The notes beneath the pieces are model-generated. The model searched no databases, had not been told where the DNA came from, and saw only the letters and a list, made by a program, of their open reading frames with translations. Of a stretch of DNA of 47,936 nt, positions 1-10,080 are shown in pieces. The DNA is from a virus. Taxonomy: Duplodnaviria; Caudoviricetes. A program made the position numbers and the translations under genes. The stretch covers positions 1-47,936 of IMG/VR virus record IMGVR_UViG_3300031949_000063. One strand, written 5' to 3'. Position 1 is the first letter of the stretch, and every line of letters starts with the position of its first letter.

Positions 1-68
1 CCCGATTGATATCTTGCCTTAGATTTTTCAAATCCCTGTTTCGTTTCACATAGTTACGGAGGCCATCC

Positions 69-533
69 TTGCCGGATCTTGTTTGGCACACCGAACAGCG
101 CAGGGTTTCGGACCTGACTCCGTGGGATAAGAATCCCCGCCGGTTGACGAAGAAGCAAGCGGAAGATTTGAAGAAGTCTCTGTCCAAGTTCAATCTCATG
201 TCGATCCCCGTTGTGGACCTGGATGGCCGCATCGTTTCCGGTCATCAGCGCGTGAACATCCTCAAACTGTTGGGCCGCGGGAACGAAACCATCGATATCC
301 GGGTGCCGAATCGCAAACTATCCGAGGCGGAATACCGCGAGGCGAATCTCCGGGAGAATAAGAACCTCGGCGAATGGGATGAGGACCTGCTGGCGGCGAT
401 CGACGAGGAACTGCTCCGGGAGGTTGGGTTCAATGGGTTGGACATCAACAACGTGTTCGGGCTTGCCCCTCCTCCTGAAAGCGGGGGCGGCAAGAAAGCT
501 ACCGTATGTCCGTCCTGCGGTGCTGAAATATGA
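69..533 (+). CDS. ParB/Srx-like N-terminal domain protein upstream of terminase
   Basis: Motifs KNPRR..LKKSL.KF, PVVDLDGRIVSGHQR and ENKNLGEWD; C-terminal CPSC; TTG start after GGAGG. Confidence 0.8.
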   Translation: MPDLVWHTEQRRVSDLTPWDKNPRRLTKKQAEDLKKSLSKFNLMSIPVVDLDGRIVSGHQRVNILKLLGRGNETIDIRVPNRKLSEAEYREANLRENKNLGEWDEDLLAAIDEELLREVGFNGLDINNVFGLAPPPESGGGKKATVCPSCGAEI

Positions 534-1015
534 GCGACCCATCCCCTCCGGTTGCCGAAGTCGATATCAACAGGCTGGCGAAGATTCTCAACGTCACGCC
601 GCGGCGCATCCAGCAGCTCGTTCAGGAGGGAATGCCCAAGGCGGGCAAGGGCCGGTATCCGCTCGTAGCCTGCATCCACTGGTTCATAAAATTCTGGCAG
701 GACCGGGCGGAAGGCCGGATCGCGGGATGGGGGATCAACCAGAAGAAGGGCGGGGTGATCGCCGCGAAGGAACGGCTCACAAGAACACAGGCCGATATCG
801 CGCAGATAGATTACGAGGAGCGTATCGGCTCCATCCATAAAACCGAGGAATGCCGCAGGTCGGCGTTCACCTTGGGCCGGGAATTGCGGGACATGATCCT
901 TATCGTCCCGGACCGCGTGGACGCGATCCTGGCCGCGGAGAACGACAGGGCGCGGGTCAATTCGACGCTGCGGCAGGAGCTCTCTCAGGTGCTCCATGAG
1001 TTCGCGGCAAAGTGA
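530..1015 (+). CDS. terS: Terminase small subunit (Nu1-like)
   Basis: N-terminal wHTH (LAKILNVTPRRIQQLVQEGMP), a coiled coil, and position directly before terL. Confidence 0.88.
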   Translation: MSDPSPPVAEVDINRLAKILNVTPRRIQQLVQEGMPKAGKGRYPLVACIHWFIKFWQDRAEGRIAGWGINQKKGGVIAAKERLTRTQADIAQIDYEERIGSIHKTEECRRSAFTLGRELRDMILIVPDRVDAILAAENDRARVNSTLRQELSQVLHEFAAK

Positions 1016-2888
1016 CGGTGCGGCCGTTTATGGAGAGGCGTTCCGTGAGGGCCTAAAACCCGACCCCCTCCTGACCGTCTCCGAGTGGGCGGACAAGGAA
1101 AGGATCCTCCCCCCGGTATCGTCTGCCGAGCCCGGACAGTGGCGCACCTCCCGTACTCCATATCTACGGGAGATTATGGATTGCCTCTCTCCGTCTTCTC
1201 CGGTCCAGCGCGTGACCTTCATGAAGGGCTCGCAGATCGGAGCGACCGAGAGCGGGAACAATTGGATCGGGTACGTCATTGCGATGGCGCCAGGGCCGAT
1301 GTTGGCCGTCCAGCCGAACCTGGACATGGCGAAGCGGTTCTCGAAGCAGCGCGTTCAACCCACGATCCGGAACACTCCCGCGCTTCACGGCAAAGTGAAG
1401 GACGCCCGGGTGCGGGATTCCGGCAATACGATCCTCGTCAAACAGTTCCCCGGCGGGATCCTGGTTATCACCGGGGCGGAATCGGCAACCAGCTTGCGGT
1501 CCATGCCGGCGCGTTACCTGTTCATGGACGAGATAGACCCGTATCCCGACGATTGCGGGGGAGAGGGCGATCCGTGCGGCTTGGCCGAAGCGCGGACGGC
1601 TACGTTCTCTTCACGGAAAAAGATATTCGAGACGTCTACTCCAACGGAGGCGGGGCGGTCTCGGATCGAGAGGCGATACGAACTCTCCGACAAGCGAAGG
1701 TATTTCGTCCCCTGCCCGTTCTGCAAGGGAGAGCAGTGGCTCAAGTGGGGGCAGATCGTATTCGATAAGGACGAGAAGTACCGGCTCACGGGTCCGGTCC
1801 GTTATAAGTGCGAGCATTGCGACGAATTGATCGATGAGCGGTACAAGACTTGGATGCTGGAATCAGGGAGGTGGATCGCCGAGGCCCCGGGCCCCGGGAA
1901 GCCCGCCGGGTTTTTCCTGTCGTCCCTCTATTCGCCCCTCGGCTGGCTCTCTTGGGATGCCATTGCGCAGGAGTTTCTCGACGCACGGAAGACCCGAGAC
2001 GTCGCGGCCCTGAAAGTGTGGACGAATACGAAGCTCGCCGAGGTCTGGGAGGAGGAAGGACTCGTCATCGACGACGGCACGCTCCTTTCGCGGCGCGAGA
2101 AATACCCGGCCGCTATTCCGGCTGGCGGGCTTGTCCTCACGATCGGAGTCGACCTGCAGGCCGATCGGATCGAGGCGTCCGTCGATGCTTGGGGCAAGCA
2201 CGAGGAAAGCTGGCTGATTGAATACGCCATCTTCCGCGGGAACCCAGAGACGGACCTGAAAGTCTGGGAGGACCTGCGAATCCTCCTGGATCGTTCGTGG
2301 GATCATGAATTGGGAGCTTCCCTGAGAATTGCTGCGGGCTGCGTCGATTCGGGACACGCGACGAGCCAGGTGTACAAGTTCGTCCGCACGATGGAACACC
2401 GCAGGGTATACGCCATCAAGGGGCAGGGAGGAAAGGGACTCCCGATCATCCGGATCTCCGAGAAGCGCAATAAGGCCAGGATCAAGCTCGGATTGGTCGG
2501 CGTGGACACTTGCAAGTCGCTTATCTATTCCCGGGTGATGCTTCCCGACTTTGGGCCGGGGTATATGCACTTCCCTACGTCGGTAGGTGAGGATTACTTC
2601 TCTGGGCTGACTGCGGAGAAGCGGGTCATCCGGAAGGTGCGCGGCAAGGAAATTGAGGAGTGGGTCAAAGTCCGGGCGCGAAATGAGCCGCTGGATTGCC
2701 GTGTCTATTCGCACGCGGCGCTGGATCTCCTGAAAATAAGGGATTGGGATCGGCTGGCGTTAAACATCAAGCGGCAGGCGGAGCTCCGCAAGGAAGAAAA
2801 GCCACCGGAGGACGCCGCACCACAAAACAATCCCACGCCCCCGCGTGGCGGGATGCCCCGCAAGGGCTGGTCCGCAACTCGCTGGTAA
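996..2888 (+). CDS. terL: Terminase large subunit (GpA family)
   Basis: TVSEWAD, PGQWRTSRTPY, KGSQIGATE Walker A, LFMDEID Walker B, STPT, Zn-finger, GVDLQ nuclease, RNEPLDC. Confidence 0.96.
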   Translation: MSSRQSDGAAVYGEAFREGLKPDPLLTVSEWADKERILPPVSSAEPGQWRTSRTPYLREIMDCLSPSSPVQRVTFMKGSQIGATESGNNWIGYVIAMAPGPMLAVQPNLDMAKRFSKQRVQPTIRNTPALHGKVKDARVRDSGNTILVKQFPGGILVITGAESATSLRSMPARYLFMDEIDPYPDDCGGEGDPCGLAEARTATFSSRKKIFETSTPTEAGRSRIERRYELSDKRRYFVPCPFCKGEQWLKWGQIVFDKDEKYRLTGPVRYKCEHCDELIDERYKTWMLESGRWIAEAPGPGKPAGFFLSSLYSPLGWLSWDAIAQEFLDARKTRDVAALKVWTNTKLAEVWEEEGLVIDDGTLLSRREKYPAAIPAGGLVLTIGVDLQADRIEASVDAWGKHEESWLIEYAIFRGNPETDLKVWEDLRILLDRSWDHELGASLRIAAGCVDSGHATSQVYKFVRTMEHRRVYAIKGQGGKGLPIIRISEKRNKARIKLGLVGVDTCKSLIYSRVMLPDFGPGYMHFPTSVGEDYFSGLTAEKRVIRKVRGKEIEEWVKVRARNEPLDCRVYSHAALDLLKIRDWDRLALNIKRQAELRKEEKPPEDAAPQNNPTPPRGGMPRKGWSATRW

Positions 2889-2897
2889 GGAGCGCCC

Positions 2898-3446
2898 ATG
2901 AATATTCCGAGTGCGATCACCGCGGGCGATACTGTCGACTGGACGGACTCCCTATCCGATTATCCGGCGACGACGTGGACGTTGAAGTATTCCCTCTGGA
3001 AATACGGGAACGCCGTCATCCTGATCATCGCATCGGCCTCCGGGACCGATCACGCCGTCGCAGTGCCCGCCGCCACCTCGAAGGCGTACGCCGCAGGGGA
3101 ATGGCAGTGGACCGCCTACGCGGAGAAGGGGTCCGGGGCGACGCTCGAGCGATACACGGTCGCCACGGGCCGTGTCACGATCAAGCCGGACGTCGCCGCC
3201 GCCAACGCCTCGGCGGACTTTCGGTCGCATGCGGAGAAGATGCTCGCCGGAATCGAGGCGACGCTGCTCGGGCGTGCCACCCGGGCAGAACTCTCCCTTA
3301 CGATCAACGGGAAGGCGATCCAGTACATGAAAACGAAGGAACTTCGGGATGAACGCGCGTATTTTCTGAGCGAGGTCGCAAAAGAACAACGCGCCGAAAG
3401 CGGTATTAATCCCGGCCGTCGAATAATGACGAGGTTCGGACCATGA
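2898..3446 (+). CDS. Head-tail adaptor (extended gpW-like)
   Basis: Lies between terL and portal; C-terminal gpW-like segment (LTINGKAIQY..KEL). Confidence 0.7.
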   Translation: MNIPSAITAGDTVDWTDSLSDYPATTWTLKYSLWKYGNAVILIIASASGTDHAVAVPAATSKAYAAGEWQWTAYAEKGSGATLERYTVATGRVTIKPDVAAANASADFRSHAEKMLAGIEATLLGRATRAELSLTINGKAIQYMKTKELRDERAYFLSEVAKEQRAESGINPGRRIMTRFGP

Positions 3447-5005
3447 GCATCATTCGGACCTTCCTGCGGGACTTCGGGTATCTCCATCGAGACGATCTGC
3501 GTAAGTCGGCGAGGGGATATTCTGCCGCATCGAGCAGCAGGCTCCTTGGCGACTGGATCATGTCACCGGTTACGGCCGATGCGGATATTCGGGCGGGACT
3601 TCTTGCAGTCCGGACGCGCGCGCGCGACCTGGCGCAGAACAATGATCTTGCGAAAGCGTATCTCCGGGCGATGAAGAAGAACGTCGTCGGCTCATCCGGT
3701 TTCGCGCTCCAGGTCAAGGCGATGGATTACTTCAACGGGAAGTTGGCTCCGGACAAAGCCGACAACGATTACCTTGAGCGTTCATTTTATGAATGGATGA
3801 AACCCGAGACGGCGACTGTCACCGGCAAATTATCATTCCGTAAGGTCCAGGAGCTTGTCATAGAGACGGTCGCCCGGGATGGAGAGATCTTCATTCACCT
3901 GATGCGCGGGGAGAGAATCAATCAATTCGGGTTCACTCTGCAGATCATCGAACCCGATTATGTGGACGAGAAATACAGCGACATCATGAAAAACGGGAAC
4001 ATCATCGTCATGGGCGTAGAGATGACCCTGTATCGCAAACCGGTCGCCTATCATGTCGCCGAACAAAATACTTCACTCGCGCTGTACGGTTCATTTTATG
4101 TCGGCGCTCCGTACCGAAGGATTCCCGCCGGGGACATCATCCACATATACGACCCGGATCGGGCCGATCAGACGCGCGGGATCTCCTGGATGCATTCGGG
4201 AATGGTGAGTACCCGGCACCTTGGGGGATACATCGAGGCGGCGGTCGTAAACTCCCGCGCCGGTGCCTGCAAGATGGGATTTTTCACGGATCCGACCGGA
4301 GACGCAGGAGAATATCAGGGCGACGAGACGAAGGCGGATACCGGTCTGCAAACTGATATTGCCGAACCGGGCACATTCAAGGACATCGGCCGGCATGGGT
4401 TCACTCCTTACGATCCGAAGTACCCGCATGAGCAGTTCGACCCGTTCACGAAGGCGATGATCCGGTTCATCGCATCAGGTCTCGGTGTTTCCTATCAGAC
4501 GCTGTCCGGGGATCTATCGGAGACGAGTTACGCTTCCGGCCGCCAGGGACTCCTCGAGGAGCGGGAGACGTACAAGAGCGCTCAGGAATTCATACGGGAA
4601 ACGTTCCTCGACCGCGTCTATGCCGAGTGGCTCTATATGGGACTTATGACCGGCCGGTTGAATCTTCCCTTCGCGAAGTTCAAGAAATTCAATTCGCCGA
4701 AATGGACCGGGCGGCGTTGGTCGTGGGTCGACCCCCTCAAGGACGTTCAGGCGGCGAAGGAAGCCCGGGCCGCCGGGTTCAAGTCGTCCACGCAGATCAT
4801 CAACGAGGCAGGCGGGGACATTGAAGATACCTACCTTGAAATGGAACAGGAGAACGCCCTGGCGTCGGAGCATGGTTTGAAGCTGGATTATGGAGTGAAG
4901 CCCGAAACTGTGCAGACGAATAAGGCCGATATGGACAACGAGGACCAGATGGCGGGCAAGCCGAAAAACAAGGGGAACGGAAAGGCTACCGCAGCGAACG
5001 ACTGA
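3443..5005 (+). CDS. Portal protein, lambda family
   Basis: RARDLAQNN, RDGEIF, QTRGISW, LSGDLSETSYASGRQG and WVDPLKD motifs. Confidence 0.95.
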   Translation: MSIIRTFLRDFGYLHRDDLRKSARGYSAASSSRLLGDWIMSPVTADADIRAGLLAVRTRARDLAQNNDLAKAYLRAMKKNVVGSSGFALQVKAMDYFNGKLAPDKADNDYLERSFYEWMKPETATVTGKLSFRKVQELVIETVARDGEIFIHLMRGERINQFGFTLQIIEPDYVDEKYSDIMKNGNIIVMGVEMTLYRKPVAYHVAEQNTSLALYGSFYVGAPYRRIPAGDIIHIYDPDRADQTRGISWMHSGMVSTRHLGGYIEAAVVNSRAGACKMGFFTDPTGDAGEYQGDETKADTGLQTDIAEPGTFKDIGRHGFTPYDPKYPHEQFDPFTKAMIRFIASGLGVSYQTLSGDLSETSYASGRQGLLEERETYKSAQEFIRETFLDRVYAEWLYMGLMTGRLNLPFAKFKKFNSPKWTGRRWSWVDPLKDVQAAKEARAAGFKSSTQIINEAGGDIEDTYLEMEQENALASEHGLKLDYGVKPETVQTNKADMDNEDQMAGKPKNKGNGKATAAND

Positions 5006-5028
5006 ACGGAAAAGAGGCGCAAATCTGG

Positions 5029-5060
5029 AAAGGGCCGGATATCCTCCGGCCTTTTTCTTT
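5029..5060 (+). terminator. Intrinsic terminator-like hairpin between portal and protease-capsid genes
   Basis: GGCCGGA-tatcc-TCCGGCC followed by TTTTTCTTTT. Confidence 0.65.
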
Positions 5061-5073
5061 TGGAGGTACGGCG

Positions 5074-7044
5074 ATGGAAATAAAGGAGTTACTGAGCACG
5101 CTGAAAAAGGAACCGATGCGACGGGCGTTGCAGATCGGCAGGGAGATGGTCCGCTCGAAGGACAGGACCGTCGATCTCGCGTTCTCATCCGAATTGCCGT
5201 ACGTCCGCTGGTGGGGGATCGAGATCCTGGACCACTCTCCCGGCGCGATGCGGATGGACCGGGCGAAGGACGGGATCGCCGTCCTGTACAACCACAGCCG
5301 CGACTCGCACCTCGGGATCCTCGGAGAATGCCGCTGCGACCCCGACAAGGTGGGCCGCGGCGCCGCGCGTTTCGGCAAGGGGCCGCTCGCGTCCGAGAAA
5401 TGGCAGGACGTGGACGACGGAATCCTCAAGGACGTGTCGGTCGGCTACGAAATCCACTTCATGCAGGAGATGGATCCGAAAAGCATGACTCCTGAGCTGA
5501 TGGAGATGGCGGCCCGGGAAAAGCTGCCGGTCTATCGGATCACGGATTGGGAGCCGTACGAGTGTTCTTTCGTGACGGTGCCCGCGGACCCGACGGTCGG
5601 CGTCGGGAGGGCTGCGGAAACTGGAACGGGAACGGAGCAGGAGAGGGATGTGAAGGCGGTTCTGTCCGGAATCAAACCAACCATCGAAATAACGAAGGAG
5701 GAAAGAATCATGCCGGACGACAAAAAGACGCTCGAAGAGATCGAGCGGGACACGCAGGAACAGCGCAAGGCGGCCGCGAAGGATGCGACCGAGAAGGAGC
5801 GGCAGCGGGTGCAGGGTATCAACGACATCTACGAGAAGTTCAAGAACTTCATCCCCGAGATGGCCCGCCGAAAGGCCGTCGACGAAGGGATGCCCCTGGA
5901 TATGTTCAGGGAGTACGCGCTGGGCCGGATGGAGGATCCGAAGCCGGTGAACATGCCGGTCGCGGAGCTCGGTCTCACGAAGCGGGAGGTCGAGCAATAC
6001 AGCATCTCCCGCGCGATCCTCTCCCAGGTTCCCGGGGAGAAGGTCGATGCTTCCTTCGAAATGGACTGCCACAAGGAGCTTCTGAAACGGAACATCGAAA
6101 CGAAGCAGAACGGGATCCTCGTACCCTACGACATCTCGCGGAAGTACACCGATCCTCGCGGAACACGGTGGGACGGCCGGCGCGATCTGTCACTCGCCAG
6201 CGACGCGGCCGGGGCATACCTGAAGGGGACCGACCACCTCGGCTCGGAGTTCATCGACGTGCTTCGGAACGCAATGGTGATCCGTCGTGCCGGCGCCCGC
6301 GTCCTTTCGGGATTGCGCGGCAACGTCGCCATCCCGAAGCGCACCGCCGGGGCAACCTCGTACTGGGTTGCCGAGGGCGTGGCGCCGACGGAAGGTGCGA
6401 ATACCTTCGCACAGCTCACCCTCACTCCAAACAACGTGGCGGCCTTCATCGACTACACGCGGAACCTCCTGCTCCAGAGCAATCCGTCCATCGATGGACT
6501 GGTCAACGGGGATCTCGCGCTGTCACTCGCCACGGCCATCGACCTCGCCGCGTTCCACGGGGCGGGAACCGACGAGCCGCAGGGGATCGTCGGAACCGAC
6601 GGTGTCGGGGCAACGACGGCGACAACGGTGTCGTTCGCCAAGATGCTGGACTTCCAGTCCGACGTCGCGGCGGCGAACGCGCTCGCTGGCTCCTGCGCCT
6701 ACGTCACCACTCCGGCGGTCGCCGCGATCCTGATGGCGGTGCCGAAGTTCTCGACCGGAGCGGCCATCGCATCCCCGGCGCTCTGGAATGGGAACATGCT
6801 CGAAGGAACCGATGTCTGCGGATTCCGAGGGTTCGCCACGAACCAGATCACGGCGGGATACTGCATCTTCGGTGACTTCTCCCAGGTCGTCATTGGCGAG
6901 TGGGGAGTGCTCGAGCTGCTCGTCAACCCGTTCATCCTTTCGTCCATCGGCGTGATCCGGGTCACAGCGTTCCAGTCGGTCGACGTCGGCCTCCGGTATC
7001 CGGGGGCGTTCTCCGTGTCGACCAGCGTAACCGCCCCGGCGTAA
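5074..7044 (+). CDS. Fused HK97-type prohead protease / major capsid protein
   Basis: N-terminal protease motifs (LYNH, VSVGY, ECSFVTVPAD) and a C-terminal HK97-fold capsid (WVAEG, FGDFSQ). Confidence 0.92.
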   Translation: MEIKELLSTLKKEPMRRALQIGREMVRSKDRTVDLAFSSELPYVRWWGIEILDHSPGAMRMDRAKDGIAVLYNHSRDSHLGILGECRCDPDKVGRGAARFGKGPLASEKWQDVDDGILKDVSVGYEIHFMQEMDPKSMTPELMEMAAREKLPVYRITDWEPYECSFVTVPADPTVGVGRAAETGTGTEQERDVKAVLSGIKPTIEITKEERIMPDDKKTLEEIERDTQEQRKAAAKDATEKERQRVQGINDIYEKFKNFIPEMARRKAVDEGMPLDMFREYALGRMEDPKPVNMPVAELGLTKREVEQYSISRAILSQVPGEKVDASFEMDCHKELLKRNIETKQNGILVPYDISRKYTDPRGTRWDGRRDLSLASDAAGAYLKGTDHLGSEFIDVLRNAMVIRRAGARVLSGLRGNVAIPKRTAGATSYWVAEGVAPTEGANTFAQLTLTPNNVAAFIDYTRNLLLQSNPSIDGLVNGDLALSLATAIDLAAFHGAGTDEPQGIVGTDGVGATTATTVSFAKMLDFQSDVAAANALAGSCAYVTTPAVAAILMAVPKFSTGAAIASPALWNGNMLEGTDVCGFRGFATNQITAGYCIFGDFSQVVIGEWGVLELLVNPFILSSIGVIRVTAFQSVDVGLRYPGAFSVSTSVTAPA

Positions 7045-7136
7045 TAACCTGACGGCGGAGTGACGTGGCACTTGATGTTATCTCGGGGGGCCGGGCATTA
7101 GTCCCCGGCCTCCCCTCTTCAAAAGGAGTGGAGAAC

Positions 7137-7397
7137 ATGGCGAAAGAGATAAGCGCAAAGATCAGGATCATAAAGGCTTGCTACGTCGGCAAGACGGCTC
7201 GGAAGGAGGGCGAGATTCTGACGGTTTCCGATAAACTTGCGCGGGAACTCGCCTGGATGAAGAAGGCCGAGCTGGTCAAACCCGAACCAGTCAAACCCGA
7301 GCCCGCCCAGACCCCCCCGTGGAATATTCCCGACGCTGTCGATGCGACAGTGGACAAGGGCGACGAAAAGACAAGCAAGGGAGGAAAGGTAAAATGA
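7137..7397 (+). CDS. Small post-capsid protein (possible packaging chaperone, gpFI position)
   Basis: RBS AGGAG, position after the capsid gene, KPEP repeat, Lys-rich tail. Confidence 0.55.
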   Translation: MAKEISAKIRIIKACYVGKTARKEGEILTVSDKLARELAWMKKAELVKPEPVKPEPAQTPPWNIPDAVDATVDKGDEKTSKGGKVK

Positions 7398-7873
7398 GAA
7401 ACCGACTGCTGGCGGCATTGGCCGCAACGATGATCTTTCTGGCTGCTGGAACCGTCATCGCAGAAGATCTCTACAACAACACCCTTGCGGTGCGCTCCAT
7501 ATCCCCGGCCACCGTCTCCAACGACGACAACATCGTCGGGCAAATCATCGACGGGCGGGGATACTCATCCGTGCTCTACATCATCAACGTGGCGACCGTG
7601 GCCGATACCGACGCGACGTTTACCCCGACGCTGGAGCATTGTGCCGTTGACAACTGCTCGGACGCGGCAGCGGTGGCGGACGCCAACTTACGTGGCACCG
7701 AGGCGCTGGCCACGTTCGGTATTGCCGATAACAATGCCGTGTACATGCTCGAATACGCCGGATCGAAACGGTATACGCGGCTGACGGTTACCCCGGCCAG
7801 CAACACGGGCGCGGCCACTTTCAGCGCCATCGCAATCAAGGGCTTCCCGCAGTACAGGCCGGTCGTGCGGTAG
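7394..7873 (+). CDS. Putative head decoration/cement protein with signal-peptide-like N-terminus
   Basis: ATG overlaps the upstream stop; beta-rich body (GQIIDGRGY, KRYTRLTVTP); hydrophobic leader ending VIA-E. Confidence 0.6.
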   Translation: MRNRLLAALAATMIFLAAGTVIAEDLYNNTLAVRSISPATVSNDDNIVGQIIDGRGYSSVLYIINVATVADTDATFTPTLEHCAVDNCSDAAAVADANLRGTEALATFGIADNNAVYMLEYAGSKRYTRLTVTPASNTGAATFSAIAIKGFPQYRPVVR

Positions 7874-7882
7874 GAATCGCAC

Positions 7883-8194
7883 ATGATTGACCTTGGCCCC
7901 TTCATCGACGACGTACTGAACACGGACGCCTTCGGCCAGGAGGCCCTGTGGTCGCCCACCGGGGGAGCGTCGAAGAAGATCAAGGGGGTGTTCGAGAACC
8001 CCTTCACGGCCGTCGAGGGCATCGGGGATGCGGGAGTCCCGTCTTCGATGCCGTCCTTTCTCTGCAAAACCTCCGCGGCGGGTGACGCCCGTCGAGGGGA
8101 CACGTTGTACCTCCTCGGGACGGTCTACTACGTCGAGGAAAACCGTCCGAACGGGGACGGGTTCACCACCCTGATACTTTCCAAGGAGGCGTGA
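7883..8194 (+). CDS. Head-tail joining protein (gpFII-like)
   Basis: Size, position, and GDTL...Y.V....DG..TL.L pattern. Confidence 0.75.
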   Translation: MIDLGPFIDDVLNTDAFGQEALWSPTGGASKKIKGVFENPFTAVEGIGDAGVPSSMPSFLCKTSAAGDARRGDTLYLLGTVYYVEENRPNGDGFTTLILSKEA

Positions 8195-8676
8195 TGGCGC
8201 TGAAGCGCGATCTGGTCATGCAGGCCGTCTCCGCGAGGATGGCGACCATCCTCGTCTCGAACGGGTTCCGCTCAGACATTGGGTCGCACGTCATAGAGTG
8301 GCGCCCGCAGGTGTTGACGGACGGCGGCGGCGGGTACGTTCCGACCGAGCAGGAGGAACTTCCGGCGATCCACGTCCGCGACACGAACGACCAGGTCTCA
8401 GTGGCCGACCTGTCCGGCAACGAAGACCATGAACTGACTCTCGAACTCGAGATCGCGCACGAGGCCGGTGCGACGGGGCAGACGATGCGGAAGCAGGCGC
8501 AGGACGTGAGAAAAGTCATCGGGGTCGACAGGACGTGGGGCGGCCTCGCGCGAGCGGACTACAAGGACCAGGCCATGACCATGAGCACAGTCCGGCTGAA
8601 GGCGGAGCAGTCGTTCTTCCGCACGCTGATCCGGACGCAAATCATCTTCACCACTTCCGCCTTCGGCGAAGAATAG
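8191..8676 (+). CDS. Tail terminator protein (gpU-like)
   Basis: Position before the tail tube gene; ELPAI and DRTWGGLA motifs. Confidence 0.7.
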   Translation: MMALKRDLVMQAVSARMATILVSNGFRSDIGSHVIEWRPQVLTDGGGGYVPTEQEELPAIHVRDTNDQVSVADLSGNEDHELTLELEIAHEAGATGQTMRKQAQDVRKVIGVDRTWGGLARADYKDQAMTMSTVRLKAEQSFFRTLIRTQIIFTTSAFGEE

Positions 8677-8688
8677 GGGGACGGTTCC

Positions 8689-9402
8689 ATGACAGAAGCG
8701 ATTGCAAGTTTGGGCGTCTTGCTCAAGCGCGACGGGAACACGGTCGCGGAACTCACGAAGATCGGTCCGGTGGGAAAAACCAGGAAGACGATCGACTGCA
8801 CGAACATGAACACCACGGGGGGATACGAGGAGTTCATCGGAGGGATGCGGAGCGGCGGCGTAGTGGCCGTCGAGGGGAACTTCATCGCCGGGGACGCGGA
8901 CGGGCAGATGGGGATGCAGACCGACTTCGACGGTGAAGCCGCGCAGGACTTCATCGTGGTGTTCCCGACCGCCATCACCGCGACCTGGACCTTCTCGGGC
9001 GTCGTGACGAAGTTCCAGACGGACTTCTCGGTGAACAACAAGGTCCCGTTCTCCGCCGAGATCCAGATCAGCGGGGAGCCGGTCCTCGCGGTCACCGCGT
9101 CGGCGGGACTCACCACGCCGTTCTTCGTCGTTTCGGAGAGCGCGGTCGTCACCCCGGACGAGTCGGGCACGAAATACGAGTACATCGCGTCGGTCCTCAC
9201 CGCCATCTCTTCGGTGACGGTCACGCCGACCGCCACCGCCGGGGTGATCCGGGTCAACGGGTCCATCGTCACCACCGGGAACCCTTCGAGCGCGATCGCT
9301 CTCGGGGCCGCGGGGTCGATCACGGACATCACCATCACCGTCACGGAGACCGGAAAGGTCGCGACCACCTACGTCATCCACGTCGGTCGCGCGAGTTCGT
9401 AA
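8689..9402 (+). CDS. Major tail tube protein with C-terminal cadherin/Ig-like domain
   Basis: IDCT..GYEEFIGG.R.GG and WTFSG.V motifs; C-terminal SVTVTPTA...VNG...ITITVT beta-sandwich. Confidence 0.88.
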   Translation: MTEAIASLGVLLKRDGNTVAELTKIGPVGKTRKTIDCTNMNTTGGYEEFIGGMRSGGVVAVEGNFIAGDADGQMGMQTDFDGEAAQDFIVVFPTAITATWTFSGVVTKFQTDFSVNNKVPFSAEIQISGEPVLAVTASAGLTTPFFVVSESAVVTPDESGTKYEYIASVLTAISSVTVTPTATAGVIRVNGSIVTTGNPSSAIALGAAGSITDITITVTETGKVATTYVIHVGRASS

Positions 9403-9478
9403 GGGAGAGCGCAGTAAACGAACCCATGCGCGGGGGGGAGGGAGTTCCTCCTCCCCGCGGTAATGTGGAGGAGAGAGG

Positions 9479-9736
9479 ATGCCATTCGCCCCGCACGATT
9501 CGCTGTGCGCTGATTTTTGCATAGTGCTCGGACTCGACCCCAAGATGGTCAGGAAGATCGTGTTGACGATGGAGCCGGAGGATGTCGTTACATTTGAGGC
9601 GCAGATATACCCGAGCAAGGACGGAATCAGGGGCGTCGGGGAGATAATCACGAAGCGTTGCAAGATCGTTCCAATAGCGGAACCAGTTGAGGTAATAGGT
9701 GCTGAATATATCGAATACCAGAAGGAGGAAGGATGA
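9479..9736 (+). CDS. Hypothetical protein
   Basis: Good RBS (GGAGGAG); fills the gap between tail tube and chaperone genes. Confidence 0.5.
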   Translation: MPFAPHDSLCADFCIVLGLDPKMVRKIVLTMEPEDVVTFEAQIYPSKDGIRGVGEIITKRCKIVPIAEPVEVIGAEYIEYQKEEG

Positions 9737-10080
9737 GGCCGACGATCAAGACGGTGAAGATCGAACTGGACAAGGAACGGACCCTGCGCTTCGATTTCAA
9801 CGCGCTGTCGCATTTCGAGGAGGCCACCGGGCTGAACTCGCTCGACGCCTCGGTTTGGAAGAACCTGAACGCGCGGAACCTGAAGGCCATGTTGTGGGCG
9901 GCCCTGAAGCACGAGGATGACGCCCTCACGCTGCCGCAGGTGGGTGCGATGCTCCACTCGGGGAACGTGAACTACATCACCGAGAAGATCACCGAGGCGT
10001 ACAGGGCGGCGGCCCCGCAGGGAGACGGGGAAGAGGCGGAGGACGGCGACGGAAAAAAGGACCCTCCCCCGACTGGCTGA
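9733..10080 (+). CDS. Tail assembly chaperone (gpG-like)
   Basis: ELDKERTLRFDFNAL motif; lies upstream of the tape measure gene; slippery site near its end. Confidence 0.85.
   Translation: MRPTIKTVKIELDKERTLRFDFNALSHFEEATGLNSLDASVWKNLNARNLKAMLWAALKHEDDALTLPQVGAMLHSGNVNYITEKITEAYRAAAPQGDGEEAEDGDGKKDPPPTG

Noticed and set aside
5547-6875. 442-aa alternative-frame ORF within the capsid gene
   Set aside because: Arg/Gly-rich frame artefact with no conserved motifs, unlike the overlaps in the two methyltransferases.
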